Shown: positions 31,391-41,915 of the stretch, in pieces | How positions within the stretch are numbered: position 1 is the first letter of the stretch | Layout: the number at the start of each line of letters is the position of its first letter | Source: Nitrospirales bacterium | GTDB taxonomy: Bacteria > Nitrospirota > Nitrospiria > Nitrospirales > UBA8639 | DNA: 64,000 nucleotides | Direction: 5' to 3' | Assembly (NCBI GenBank): GCA_965203295.1 | Contig: CBDBCZ010000019.1 | Location: 608,001 to 672,000 of the forward strand | Notes under the pieces: model-generated | The model's database searches: none | Seen by the model: the letters and a program-made list of their open reading frames with translations, nothing else | What the model was told of the DNA's origin: nothing | Position numbers and translations under genes: made by a program

Positions 31391-31534
31391 CCAACAAGCA
31401 TGTTGTTGGGGTCATTATTGGGGTCAGGTCTTGCAATACTACATCGTTGGAACCTGCCTAACGTTGGCCGGTAAAGTAGCCTCGCAATTAACGTAGATGA
31501 CAGAGAAGTCGTCGAATGATCATATGTACTGCTA

Positions 31535-31559
31535 AAATATTGGCATGATGCCAATATTT
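31535..31559. promoter_or_regulatory. Perfect 12-1-12 palindrome, candidate enhancer for the sigma-54 promoter at 31677
   Basis: AAATATTGGCAT-G-ATGCCAATATTT; centre 131 bp upstream of the -24 GG. Confidence 0.55.
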
Positions 31560-31676
31560 GGGCAGGAACCCAGGTCACCTGGTCTCCAAATTTTGTCACT
31601 CACCTATCCCTTCATTTCCTAAAATTCATCATAAATACAATCACTTCGAACGCAGAAAGAGGGGCCAATGTCGTTT

Positions 31677-31692
31677 TGGCATGCCGGTTGCT
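31677..31692 (+). promoter_or_regulatory. Sigma-54 (-24/-12) promoter
   Basis: TGGCATGCCGGTTGCT = GG-N10-GC. Confidence 0.7.
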
Positions 31693-31800
31693 TTAGTAAA
31701 TACATATAACGAGAGGAAAAGAAAACGGGAAGAAGATATGAAAAATCAGATGGAAAAACCAAACGAAACAGACCACGAGTCAAAAAAGGAGGAAGCCACC

Positions 31801-32106
31801 ATGATTATGTCAACTACACAGCCATTCAGTTCTGTAGATCAAATGATGGGAACTCAGAGCACGGGGATGGGGATCGCCAACACCATGTGGTTGTCTCGTA
31901 CTCCTAGCTCGCCGATGGTCGATGACGCGCAGCAACTCCTTGAGCTGCCCCGTCGAGAGGACAAGAAGCCGGAGCAGAGCGTGAAGCGTTCTCGGGCGGT
32001 CCTGGCTCCTCGATGGTCGGAGAAGCACGGCACTGTGATGATCGTCGACTTTCTGACCGGGGAAGTGAAGGCCGCGTGGCGTCCGAAGAACACCCCGCAG
32101 AGTTAA
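31801..32106 (+). CDS. Hypothetical protein (101 aa)
   Basis: AAGGAGG RBS before ATG 31801; downstream of sigma-54 promoter. Confidence 0.55.
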   Translation: MIMSTTQPFSSVDQMMGTQSTGMGIANTMWLSRTPSSPMVDDAQQLLELPRREDKKPEQSVKRSRAVLAPRWSEKHGTVMIVDFLTGEVKAAWRPKNTPQS

Positions 32107-32156
32107 TTGATCTCAAAGGGAGAAATGCAAAAGAAATCGTGACCAGATCACCACCA

Positions 32157-32218
32157 TGACTGGTGGTGTGAGTAAGAAACTATTCACTGACTGGTGGTGT
32201 GAGTAAGAAACTATTCAC
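32157..32218 (+). repeat. Perfect 31-bp tandem duplication overlapping an 8-bp hairpin
   Basis: TGACTGGTGGTGTGAGTAAGAAACTATTCAC x2; CACCACCA-TGAC-TGGTGGTG at 32149-32168. Confidence 0.95.
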
Positions 32219-32246
32219 TAAATGATTCGAACCAAAGGAGGAAGTC

Positions 32247-32423
32247 ATGTACGGATTAAAAGATTGGAAAGTCAGACAGTATGAACCGAATGGGGCCCTT
32301 ACATTGGAAGAAACCCTCAACTGGTTGGAAGCCGATCGGTGGAACATCTTTAGTGTGGTGCCGAGCCAGCATGCGAAGGGGTTAGACATTGTGACCTATC
32401 GCGACCAACCCATGCCCTATTAA
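32247..32423 (+). CDS. 58-aa small protein, DUF4177-like (not in the ORF track)
   Basis: AAGGAGG RBS; MYGLKDWKVRQYEPNGALTLEETLNWLEADRWNIFSVVPSQHAKGLDIVTYRDQPMPY*. Confidence 0.65.
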   Translation: MYGLKDWKVRQYEPNGALTLEETLNWLEADRWNIFSVVPSQHAKGLDIVTYRDQPMPY

Positions 32424-33022
32424 TCAAAACGGATCAGGTGTCGGGATCCATTCCAATCGAGCTCGACATCTGACAAGGCGAAGGGTTCCCAGCCCGATGA
32501 CCAGTTCCCCCTGACCAGCATAAGCACTTCAGCCTCCTACCTGTAAATCAGCATCAGCCACAGAGGAAATGAGTAGGGTAACCTATAGCCAGAAAGGTTG
32601 TTGTCGACATGCACTTCGCCGTTGTCAGTCATCTATGAGGATGCTATCCTTCCTTGACCAAGTATTGGCAGGTAGGGGAGTAGATGGTAAGTTCATCGCA
32701 CGCTCGACAATTGATGAGAATGGTGTTGGAGGGGGATAAAGGTCGAGAACAAGTCCTTAAGGAAGTGAGTGATCCACGTCGTCAGGTTGCTGAGCTCCAG
32801 ATGGCTGACCAACCGTATAGCCAGACTCGGAATGACCTTCATCCAACAGGTAACACTTGCAAGAATGAATGATGGTATTCGAAACGAGAACGTCACAGTC
32901 CACGTTTTGTGGTGGAGCCAATGTTTTTAATTCATTTTGGGCTATAGGTGTGCGAAACGACTGACGTTCCCTAGTTTCAAGTTTTGATTGGGTTGAGCAC
33001 CATCTTTTGAAAGAGTTGGGCT

Positions 33023-36000
33023 ATGCTCAAGGAGACGCTCCTCTTACCAACTAGTTACGATTCTTCCTTTGTAGCTCTCTCCATTGTCATTGCTATTCTT
33101 GCCTCGTACCTCGCTCTCGATTTGGCTAGACAGTTGACTGGGGCCCTTGGGGCTAGCCTTGTTGCGTGGCTGGTTGGAGGCGGCTTTGCCATGGGCACGG
33201 GCATTTGGTCAATGCATTTCATAGGGATGCTGGCATTTTCTTTGCCAATTCCGGTTCAGTATCACATTCCCGTCGTCGTTATTTCACACCTAGCCGCGGT
33301 TGCAGCTTCAGGCATCGCATTGTTTGTGGCGAGCAAATCTTCCCTAGGAATCAAGGCTTTAGTTCTCGGGAGCCTCTTAATGGGCCTTGGAATTACCATC
33401 ATGCATTATACAGGCATGGCTGCGATGCGCCTTCAAGCCACCATTCACTATAACCCTTGGTTGGTTATCCTCTCGGTGGCGATCGCAATTGGTGTGTCCT
33501 TTATAGGGTTACAGTTGACGTTTTCTCTCCGAGCTGAGAACACCGCAAAGAGGCTTATGAAGAAGCTGGGTGGAGCGGTCGTCATGGGAAGTGCCATTCC
33601 GCTCATGCATTACACTGGTATGGCAGCAGCTAGCTTTTTGCCCCATGACATAGTCGTGCCTGTTTCCGCTTTTGTTGTGGATATCTCCTTACTCGGAGGT
33701 TGGGCCATTGCCGTTGGAACCTTGATGATTTTAGGAATCACCTGGATGTCTGCGGTCGTTGATCGGCGGTTGACTGTTCAGACCAGAAAGATTCATCAAA
33801 CCAATGAACAACTCAAGCAAGAAATTGCTCAGCGACAGCATGTCGAGGAATCCCTTCAACACAATGAAATTCTAATCAAGAAACATCATGCAGCACTTTT
33901 AGAATTAGCCACCTGTAAGACCATTCAGATGGAGCGGCAGGAAAACGCCTTTGCCAAAATCGCCGAGGTCAGCTCAAAAAACTTGGAAATCGAGCGGACT
34001 GGGATTTGGTTGTTCAATGAGGACCATTCTAGCCTCAGATGTGCAGAGTTATTCGAGCAAAGCAAAGGGAACCATTCGGCCGGAATCGAACTCTCGGTGA
34101 CCAGATACCCTCGATACTTTCAATATCTGGAAGATGCTCAATTGATTGATACCTCTGATGCAAGAAATGACCCTCGTACCAGTGAATTTTGTGAGACGTA
34201 TTGCGCGCCGTTAAACATCAGCTCAATGTTGGATGTTCCAATCCGCATGGGAGGACAGATTGTGGGTGTCGTCTGTCATGAGCAAGTGGGACCAAGGCGC
34301 CAATGGAATTTGGAAGAGATTCATTTTGCTGGGTCCATTGCCAATTTTGTCTCGCTCGCCTTAGAAGCAAAGGAGCGACAGTGGATGGAAGAAGCGCTTC
34401 ACGAGAGTGAAGAAAGCACCCGTCTGATCGTGGACAATGCCCTGGATGCGGTCATCACGATGGATGTGAATGGCAAGATTACAGGTTGGAACCTTCAGGC
34501 TGAAGCGATTTTTGGCTGGTCTCACGAAGAAGTCATCGGGAAGGAACTGGCTTCAACGATTGTGCCTCTGCAATATCGCGAGGCTCATAGGAAAGGACTA
34601 CAGCACTTCTTGAAGAGGGGCGAGGCAGCCATGCTCAAAAAGAGAATCGAAATTTCGGCTCTGCACCGAAATGGGCAAGAGTTTCCTATAGAGATCACGG
34701 TCTCTCCTCTCTACGTCCGTGGTACGATCACATTCAGTGCCTTTGTCCGCGACATTACGGCACGCAAGGCAGCAGAGGCGGCTATCAAGAGTGTTGCCAA
34801 ATTCCCTGATGAAAATCCAAATCCCGCTCTCCGTCTAGCCAGTGATGGAACCATCCTGTATGCGAATGGGGCCAGCCAACCATTATTAGAGGTCTGGCAT
34901 ACCCAGGAAGGTCGTTTGGCTCCTTTCTCAATCTGCCAGGTTGTTCGCGAAGCCTTGGCGATATACTCCAGTAAGGAATTTGAAGTGGAGAGTGACAATA
35001 ACGTCTGTTCTCTCATCTTTGCGCCCATTAAAGATGGGGGTTATGTCAACGTGTACGGAAGAGACGTCACCCAGCGCAAACAAGCTGAGCAGGAATTGCG
35101 CAAGGCTAAGGAATCAGCGGAATTAGCCAATCGAGCGAAGAGTGAGTTTCTAGCTACGATGAGTCACGAGCTTCGGACCCCGTTGACCGGAATCCTTGGG
35201 TATGCCCAACTTATGAAAAGGGAGGAAGGGATTGCCCCCAAAGAGCAAAATGCTGTCTCGATTATCCAAAGTTCTGCTGAACACCTAGCTCGAATCGAGG
35301 CCGGAAGCATCAAGATTCATGCTGAACATTTCGATCTCCCCAAATTGTTACAGACACTCGTCAATATTATGCGCGGCCGAGCGGAAGATAAAGGACTCTC
35401 TTTTACGTACGAGTGCCTCTCAATGATTCCACGTATTGTCTTGGGTGATGCGAGGCGACTGCGACAAGTGCTGATCAACTTGCTGGACAATGCCATCAAA
35501 TATACACACGAAGGGGGGATCGTCTTAAAGGTTGGCTATCATGAAGAGCGGCTCCGTTTTCTCGTCGAAGATACGGGAATTGGGATCAAATCAGAGCATC
35601 TGGAAGCCATCTTCCAGTCGTTTCAACAAGTGCACGATTCGAAAGTGATGGCGGAAGGAACAGGGTTGGGGTTGGCAATTTGCCAGAAACTCGTCACCCT
35701 CATGGGGGGGACCATTCAGGTCACGAGTAGACCGGATGAAGGGAGTCGGTTCTGGTTTGACTTGGGTCTTCCTGAGTCATCAGGACGAGAGTCTGAAGAA
35801 CACCTTGCGGAGCGAAAGATCATCGAGGTAAAGGGTGTCAAGAAACGAGTACTGGTTGTTGACGATCAGCTAGACAATCGAATGTTTCTGTATGACTTGT
35901 TGGCCCCGTTGGGTTTTGAGGTGATCGAGGCTATAGACGGAGAAGACTGTTTGCAACGAGCGATGGCTGTCACGCCTGATGCGATCTTGATGGACCTTCG

Positions 36001-36481
36001 AATGCCGAAAATGCATGGTTTTGAAGCAACCCGCAGGATTCGCCATACCAAAGGCCTCGAAGACGTGGTCATTATCGCCATATCAGCAAGTTCTTTCGAG
36101 CATAACCGAGAGGAATGTCTCAAGGCAGGAACAAACGGGTTTCTCTCCAAACCATTTCGTATTAATAAATTGTTAGAACTTCTACGTGACCATCTCAATG
36201 TGGAATTAATTTATGAAGATTACCCTGGCGAAAAGACCCGTTCATTACTGCAAGAAGCCCATGACCATTCAGCTATCATTCCCCCTCCGAACGAAACCCT
36301 GGAGCTCCTCACAGATATGGCGATGCGCGGGAATGTGAAGTAACTTCTTAAGCAAGCAGATCGTCTTGAACAGAGTGATGCCCAGTTTGCGCCGTTCGTG
36401 GCTGAATTGCGGACCTTGTCCAAAGGATTTCATATTAAGAGACTTTGCCAATTTCTGAATGAGGTGAAGGGTCCGTCATGA
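33023..36481 (+). pseudogene. MHYT-GAF-PAS hybrid sensor histidine kinase, damaged
   Basis: MHFIGM/MHYTGM repeats, [14 protein letters not shown], HATPase, REC; about 10 residues missing in HisKA (EHL^ARIEAG); in-frame TAA at 36341-36343, with the frame continuing to an ATGA overlap at 36478-36481. Confidence 0.75.
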
Positions 36482-37813
36482 ATTCTGAGTGGAGTCGAAA
36501 GCCAATTGTCTTAATGGTAGACGATACCCCCGCCAACCTCGGGGTGTTGTCGGATCTCTTGGGAAATGAGGTTTACGAAGTGTTAGTTGCAGAAGACGGT
36601 GAGAGTGCGCTGCAGCGTGCCAGCTATGCGCGCCCTGATCCGATTTTGTTGGATGTTCTCATGCCTGAACTGGATGGGTTTGCCCCCTGTCGACAGCTCA
36701 AGGAGCGACTTGAGACTCAAGACATACCTGTCATTTTCATGACAGCTCTCTCTGATACATCAAACAAAGTGATGGGATTTGAGCTGGGAGCTGTGGATTA
36801 CATCACGAAACCTTTCCAGCAGGAAGAGGTGTATGCTCGAGTCAGTACGCATCTGAAGCTTTTGCACGTCCAGCGCAAACTCCAAGAGCAGAATCACAAA
36901 CTCCAAGAGGAGATCGAAGCTCATAAACGGACACAGGCTACGGTGCTCTACTTGGATGCTGAACTCAAATCGTCCCAGGATTTTGGAGACATCATTGGGC
37001 AGAGTCAGGCACTTCAAGAGATTCTGAATCAGATTGCACAAATGGCAGAGACCGACTGTACGGCTCTGATTATGGGCGAAACAGGAACCGGCAAAGAACT
37101 GATTGCCCGCGCAATCCATGAGAGAAGCCATCGCCATGACAAACCCTTAATTAAAGTCAACTGCGCCACGATTCCCAAGGATTTATTCGAAAGTGAATTT
37201 TTTGGGCATGAAAAGGGGGCCTTTACGGGGGCCACCGCGAAACGGATCGGCCGGTTTGAGTTAGCGAACGGTGGTATGTTGTTTTTAGATGAAGCCGGTG
37301 AATTGCCATTGGATATTCAAGCGAAGCTCTTGCGCGTCTTGCAGGAAGGTGAATTCGAACGCGTGGGCGCGACTACTACACAGAAAGTTGATGTGCGCAT
37401 TATCGCCGCGACCAATTTTAATACAGCATTTCCTGAAGAAATACGCGGACAAATACGGTAAGACGATTCAGAGTATCAGTGAACCATTCATGCAGCATCT
37501 TTGCGAGTACCCTTGGCCTGGTAATATTCGGGAACTGGAGAATGTAATTGAACGGGCGGTCATTACTTCTAAAGGAAAAGAGCTTCATATGGAAGAGTGG
37601 CTCCACAAACCTACAACCGCTCCCCATTCATCGGTTTCTTCAGACTCAAAGATCCAAACCATCGAAGAGATCGAGCGAGCGCATATCCTTCATGTGCTAG
37701 AAACAACAAATTGGCGCGTGAGTGGAGATCAAGGTGCTGCCCAGCTCCTTGGCTTCAACCGCACAACCTTTGAGGCGCGCATGAAAAAGCTTGGAATATC
37801 GCGAAAAAAATGA
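36478..37813 (+). pseudogene. NtrC-family sigma-54 response regulator with internal frameshifting deletion
   Basis: [30 protein letters not shown]; then jumps frame to PILIQHFL...WPGNIRELEN and HTH; the RxDLYYRL segment is absent. Confidence 0.88.
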
Positions 37814-37993
37814 GGCATGCTCTAATAATGACGATACCATGATTAGGGTATGGCTTTCCTTCCCGTGGCTATGAAGATAGAAGCTTCGCATCATCCGCCT
37901 CGATCAATCCACGCCGAATCGGCACGACTCGATTCCTCACGAACCGCTGGACAGATTGATCTTCAAACGCTCTAAATTCCTGTGGGTTCTATA

Positions 37994-38035
37994 GTGAACG
38001 CGTTAAGTTAATGCGTTCACGTTTTCAAGTTAACG
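37994..38035. promoter_or_regulatory. Candidate bEBP upstream activating sequence 1
   Basis: GTGAACGCGTTAA-G-TTAATGCGTTCAC (12/13 palindrome) plus GTTAACG at 38029. Confidence 0.65.
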
Positions 38036-38124
38036 CCTCAAATTTACCTTCCATCTTCTAGAATAGTATCCATTCAAGCCATTGATTTTAAAGTTTTTTT
38101 TAAATAATTCGTTAATGTAAATTC

Positions 38125-38140
38125 TGGCATTTTGTTTGCA
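38125..38140 (+). promoter_or_regulatory. Sigma-54 promoter of the persulfide operon
   Basis: TGGCATTTTGTTTGCA = GG-N10-GC. Confidence 0.75.
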
Positions 38141-38183
38141 TTTGTTTAGGGAAGACATTAATTCTTAACTTGGAGGTGAACAA

Positions 38184-38396
38184 ATGGTCAGAAACGTGGG
38201 AAGCACAGAAAAGATAGTTCGATTAGGACTAGATGGATTGCTTGTATTGGCGGCTTTTCTACTTGAACTACCGGCCTGGGGCACGGTTCTCCTCAGCGCA
38301 GTGGGGATAGTGGCCCTCGTGACAGGGGCAGTTGGATATTGTCCAGCTTGGATCTTGTTGGGAATCAACTCCTTTTCTTTAAGGGACAAAGCCTAA
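38184..38396 (+). CDS. DUF2892 (YgaP-like) membrane protein
   Basis: RNVGSTEKIVR...VGYCPAWILLGIN; GGAGG RBS. Confidence 0.85.
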   Translation: MVRNVGSTEKIVRLGLDGLLVLAAFLLELPAWGTVLLSAVGIVALVTGAVGYCPAWILLGINSFSLRDKA

Positions 38397-38485
38397 ACAC
38401 GAATATTGCGTGGTTGCAGTCTCGAGAAGCGCAAATGTGGTTTCCAAAGAGTTCTTGGTAGATCTTCTAGATAAAGGAGGGAAAT

Positions 38486-39907
38486 GTGATTCTCAAACAA
38501 TTCTATCTCGGGTGCCTTGCGCATGCTTCTTATCTCATTGGAGATGAGGAAACCAAAATTGCCTTGGTTGTTGACCCGCAGCGAGACGTTGATCAATACG
38601 TCAAAGAAGCAGAATCTCAAGGATGGCAGATTCGCTACGTGTTTTTGACCCATTTTCATGCTGACTTTCTGGCAGGACATCTGGAACTACGAGATCGCAC
38701 AGGAGCGGAAATTTGTTTGGGTGCAAGGGCCCAAGCCGAGTTCCCTTTTAGACCTTTAAAGGATGGAGAGACGATCACGTTTGGAAAAGTGCGGATAGAA
38801 GTTAGGGAAACCCCCGGCCATACACCTGAAGATATTTCCATCGTTGCATACGACCTTGGTAAAAGTTCTTCAAAGCCCCAGGTCGTGTTGACAGGGGATA
38901 CTCTGTTTATTGGAGATGTGGGACGACCTGATCTGATGGCTTCAGTTGGGGTGAGCGCTACAGAATTGGCTGGTGAGTTGTATGACTCCTTGCATCAGAA
39001 ACTCCTCACACTGCCCAATGAAACTTTGGTGTATCCTGCCCATGGAGCTGGATCCATGTGTGGAAAAAATTTAAGCGCTGATATCATTTCAACCATTGGG
39101 ACTCAGCGATGGTACAACTATGCACTACAACCTATGAGTAAGGAGCAGTTTATTGAATTAGTGACTGCCAACCAACCCGAGGCCCCTCAATATTTCCGAT
39201 ATGATGCTATGCTGAATCGAAAGGAACATCAGACCTTGGAAAAGGCTATCCAGGAAGAATTGAAGCCGCTATCACTCGCTCAGGTTCTTGAATTTCAGAA
39301 AAGTGGTGTCCAGGTACTTGACGTCCGCGACCCCGCTGATTTTGCCGGAGGCCATATGGCATCAAGTGTCAACATCGGATTAGGCGGAAAATTTGCCACA
39401 TGGGCAGGAATCATTTTGAGCCAAAAGACTTCCCTAATCGTGTTAGCTGAGCCTGGACGAGAGCAAGAAGCGATCTTGCGGCTTGGGAGAATCGGTTTTG
39501 ACCATGTTGTTGGCTATCTCGATGGCGGCATGCAGGCCCTGGTAAATAGGCCTGAACTGATCAAAAGAACTGGACGAATAACAGCAGCGGCCTTGGCGGA
39601 ACAGTTAAGTGGTTCCAATCCCCCATGTGTTTTGGATGTCAGGGCCGAAGGAGAATGGCTTGACGGGAAAATTGCCCAAAGTCTGAATATCCCACTCCCT
39701 CATTTGATAGAACGAATCAACGAACTACCATTTGATCAAACACTGGTCATCCACTGTGCGAACGGATACCGATCCTCTATCGCCGTGGGTCTCTTGGAGA
39801 AGGCAGGTATGGCAAACGTCATGGATCTCGTGGGTGGTTTTGAGGCCTGGGAGGCGACATGGGGGATCAAAAAACAACGTCCAGTGAGTGCATGTTCATC
39901 GAAGTAA
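38486..39907 (+). CDS. Persulfide dioxygenase-rhodanese fusion (CstB-like MBL fold)
   Basis: THFHADFLAGH, TPGHTPE, GDTLFIGDVGRPDL, HGAGSMCGK; two rhodanese domains, the last with HCANGYRS. Confidence 0.88.
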   Translation: MILKQFYLGCLAHASYLIGDEETKIALVVDPQRDVDQYVKEAESQGWQIRYVFLTHFHADFLAGHLELRDRTGAEICLGARAQAEFPFRPLKDGETITFGKVRIEVRETPGHTPEDISIVAYDLGKSSSKPQVVLTGDTLFIGDVGRPDLMASVGVSATELAGELYDSLHQKLLTLPNETLVYPAHGAGSMCGKNLSADIISTIGTQRWYNYALQPMSKEQFIELVTANQPEAPQYFRYDAMLNRKEHQTLEKAIQEELKPLSLAQVLEFQKSGVQVLDVRDPADFAGGHMASSVNIGLGGKFATWAGIILSQKTSLIVLAEPGREQEAILRLGRIGFDHVVGYLDGGMQALVNRPELIKRTGRITAAALAEQLSGSNPPCVLDVRAEGEWLDGKIAQSLNIPLPHLIERINELPFDQTLVIHCANGYRSSIAVGLLEKAGMANVMDLVGGFEAWEATWGIKKQRPVSACSSK

Positions 39908-39922
39908 GAACCTTAAGAACTT

Positions 39923-40537
39923 ATGGGAGATCATGATATGGAGAAGATTTTGTCCAAGCGAGAGACCGATTATCCTTGGATTCGAAGTCACGATATTGTA
40001 GACCCACAAGGCCCTCAAGCCGGAATGTTGCTCGTCGATATTCGAACACCTGGTGAATTTGAAGAATCGCATATTCCAAATTCAAAGAATGTTCCTCTGG
40101 CAGATTTAGAACAGGCTCTTCCACACTTAAAATCAACAATAGAAAACAAGCCGGTTGTTTTGGTGTGTCGGACACAAAATCGTGTGAAAGTGGTCTACAA
40201 TCAGATGGTCAAAGCTGGCCTCACCAATTGCCAAATTTTGGAGGGTGGCATGACAGCTTGGGTGGCTGCAGGGCATCCGGTTGTTCGTGGGGAAAAGGGG
40301 GTGTCACTCGAACGTCAAGTGTGAATTGTCGTCGGAATACTTGTTATCGCTGGAGTGGGACTAGGTGTAACCGTAAGTCATTGGTTCCTTCTCTTACCTG
40401 CTTTAGCAGGCGCAGGTCTCTTTTACGCCGGTTTGACAGATTCGTGCTTGATGGGAATGTGGCTTGGAAAGCTGCCATATAACCGAGTTGATAAAAATCT
40501 GACAAGTCGTGAGCATCAAGAGAAGCCAGAACCATAG
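39923..40537 (+). pseudogene. Rhodanese-DUF2892 (YgaP-type) protein with nonsense mutation
   Basis: DIRTPGEF, VCRTQNR; SLERQV*IVVG with in-frame TGA at 40322-40324 where R is expected; continues to GLTDSCLMG. Confidence 0.85.
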
Positions 40538-40692
40538 CTGCCGTGAGATAGTTTAGCTAAAAACCGTCAATCAAATTGGTAGCGGATGATTTCCCGAGAG
40601 TGGTAGGATGTGAAGGGTCAAGGTTCTTGTGACTCATTTCATACTATGGTTCCTCATTACTAACTCACTCCATCATAAAATAAGGAGGGTGC

Positions 40693-41301
40693 ATGATGCG
40701 AAGGTCAATTCGAAATGTAGGGTTGATTGCCACGATGATTCTTATCATCATCGGGTTTATGACGGCTCAATCCTTTGGTTTGGAGTATTATCCTATGGGA
40801 GGAAAGGCTAGTAGCAGCGGGGGAGGAAGTTCAACCGCCAGTAGTTCAAGAGGAAGTAGCAGCTCTGGTGGAGGCAGTCCTGCAGATGGATACAATATTC
40901 ATGTGCAGGCACCTCATTTGATGCCCGATGGGACCCCAGGCGGCCCATTCCACCACTACTGCAAGGGAATATCCGACAAGATTTTGCAATGTCTGTTGTT
41001 TGAAACAACAGCACCAAATGCCCCTCTGGTCGCAATCGAGTATTTCGTCGCAAAGGATTTATCACGGAAACTTCCGTTGATTCAGTGGCATCGATACTTC
41101 CATGATCATAAACAGGAAATTGCAACTGGCCGTGTGCAAATCTTGGATATTGAAGATCAAAATAAAGTCAAAGCTATAGCCGAGGCAGCTGCAAAGACTG
41201 ATGGAGTCATCTATCATCTGTGGCAGAAAGGGAAAGAATTTCCCGATGGGACAGTGATTTTTCCGCAGTCACTGGGACATATCTTTAACCAGCCTGAGTA
41301 A
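40693..41301 (+). CDS. DUF1264-like secreted protein with Ser/Gly linker
   Basis: HHYCK...QCLLFE...IEYF...HDHKQEI; signal peptide. Confidence 0.75.
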   Translation: MMRRSIRNVGLIATMILIIIGFMTAQSFGLEYYPMGGKASSSGGGSSTASSSRGSSSSGGGSPADGYNIHVQAPHLMPDGTPGGPFHHYCKGISDKILQCLLFETTAPNAPLVAIEYFVAKDLSRKLPLIQWHRYFHDHKQEIATGRVQILDIEDQNKVKAIAEAAAKTDGVIYHLWQKGKEFPDGTVIFPQSLGHIFNQPE

Positions 41302-41311
41302 TCCGACCACC

Positions 41312-41342
41312 AAAAAAGGGGGGGCCTTGGAGGTCCCCCCTT
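41312..41342. terminator. Hairpin/terminator-like element
   Basis: A6-GGGGGGGCC-TTGGA-GGTCCCCC-TT. Confidence 0.5.
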
Positions 41343-41388
41343 CCACTCTTAATAGTTAGGTAATCCTTGAAAATGGAGGTAAAGTGCC

Positions 41389-41817
41389 GTGTGGCGAATT
41401 CTTGGAGGTGCGATCGTCGGGTTTTTTATTTGTGGCGTAACCTTTGCTGCTGATCCAGAGGTGCTTCGTCCTCGGGTTCCAGCAGATCAAATTGAAGCGG
41501 CTCGTGCGATGGAAAATCCACTGCCCGCGACTCCAGAGTTTATCGAAAAAGGCAAGATCCTGTTTCACGGTAAGGGCTTTTGCGTGACCTGCCATGGAAG
41601 AGATGGAAAAGGGCTAGGCAATATTCCAGGTCTCAAGGGCAAGCTGCCTCGAAATTTTACGGATACAGCCTGGCAAACAGCTCGTACTGATGGGGAATTG
41701 TATTGGATCTTACAGAATGGAAGTCCTGCTACGGATATGGCACCCTTTATCCCGTTAGTTCTTTCCCCAGAAGAAGCCTGGGAAGTTGTTCTCTACGTCC
41801 GATCCTTCGGGAAATAG
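41389..41817 (+). CDS. Monoheme cytochrome c
   Basis: Signal peptide, CVTCH, TDGELYWIL...M. Confidence 0.88.
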   Translation: MWRILGGAIVGFFICGVTFAADPEVLRPRVPADQIEAARAMENPLPATPEFIEKGKILFHGKGFCVTCHGRDGKGLGNIPGLKGKLPRNFTDTAWQTARTDGELYWILQNGSPATDMAPFIPLVLSPEEAWEVVLYVRSFGK

Positions 41818-41915
41818 TAAGCAGAGCTGGTCAAGTAGGGAACAGAGAGGCAACCTTTCGTTTCGAAAAGCCACAGGACCAGACTTGTTCTGTTTAAAGT
41901 TAGAGGAAAAAGGGT

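Noticed and set aside
31390..31500. Integron attC after the DUF5677-like gene
   Set aside because: GCCTAAC is present but I see no matching GTTRRRY core or attC fold, and no intI
32157..32218. CRISPR array
   Set aside because: Two abutting copies with no spacer and no cas genes
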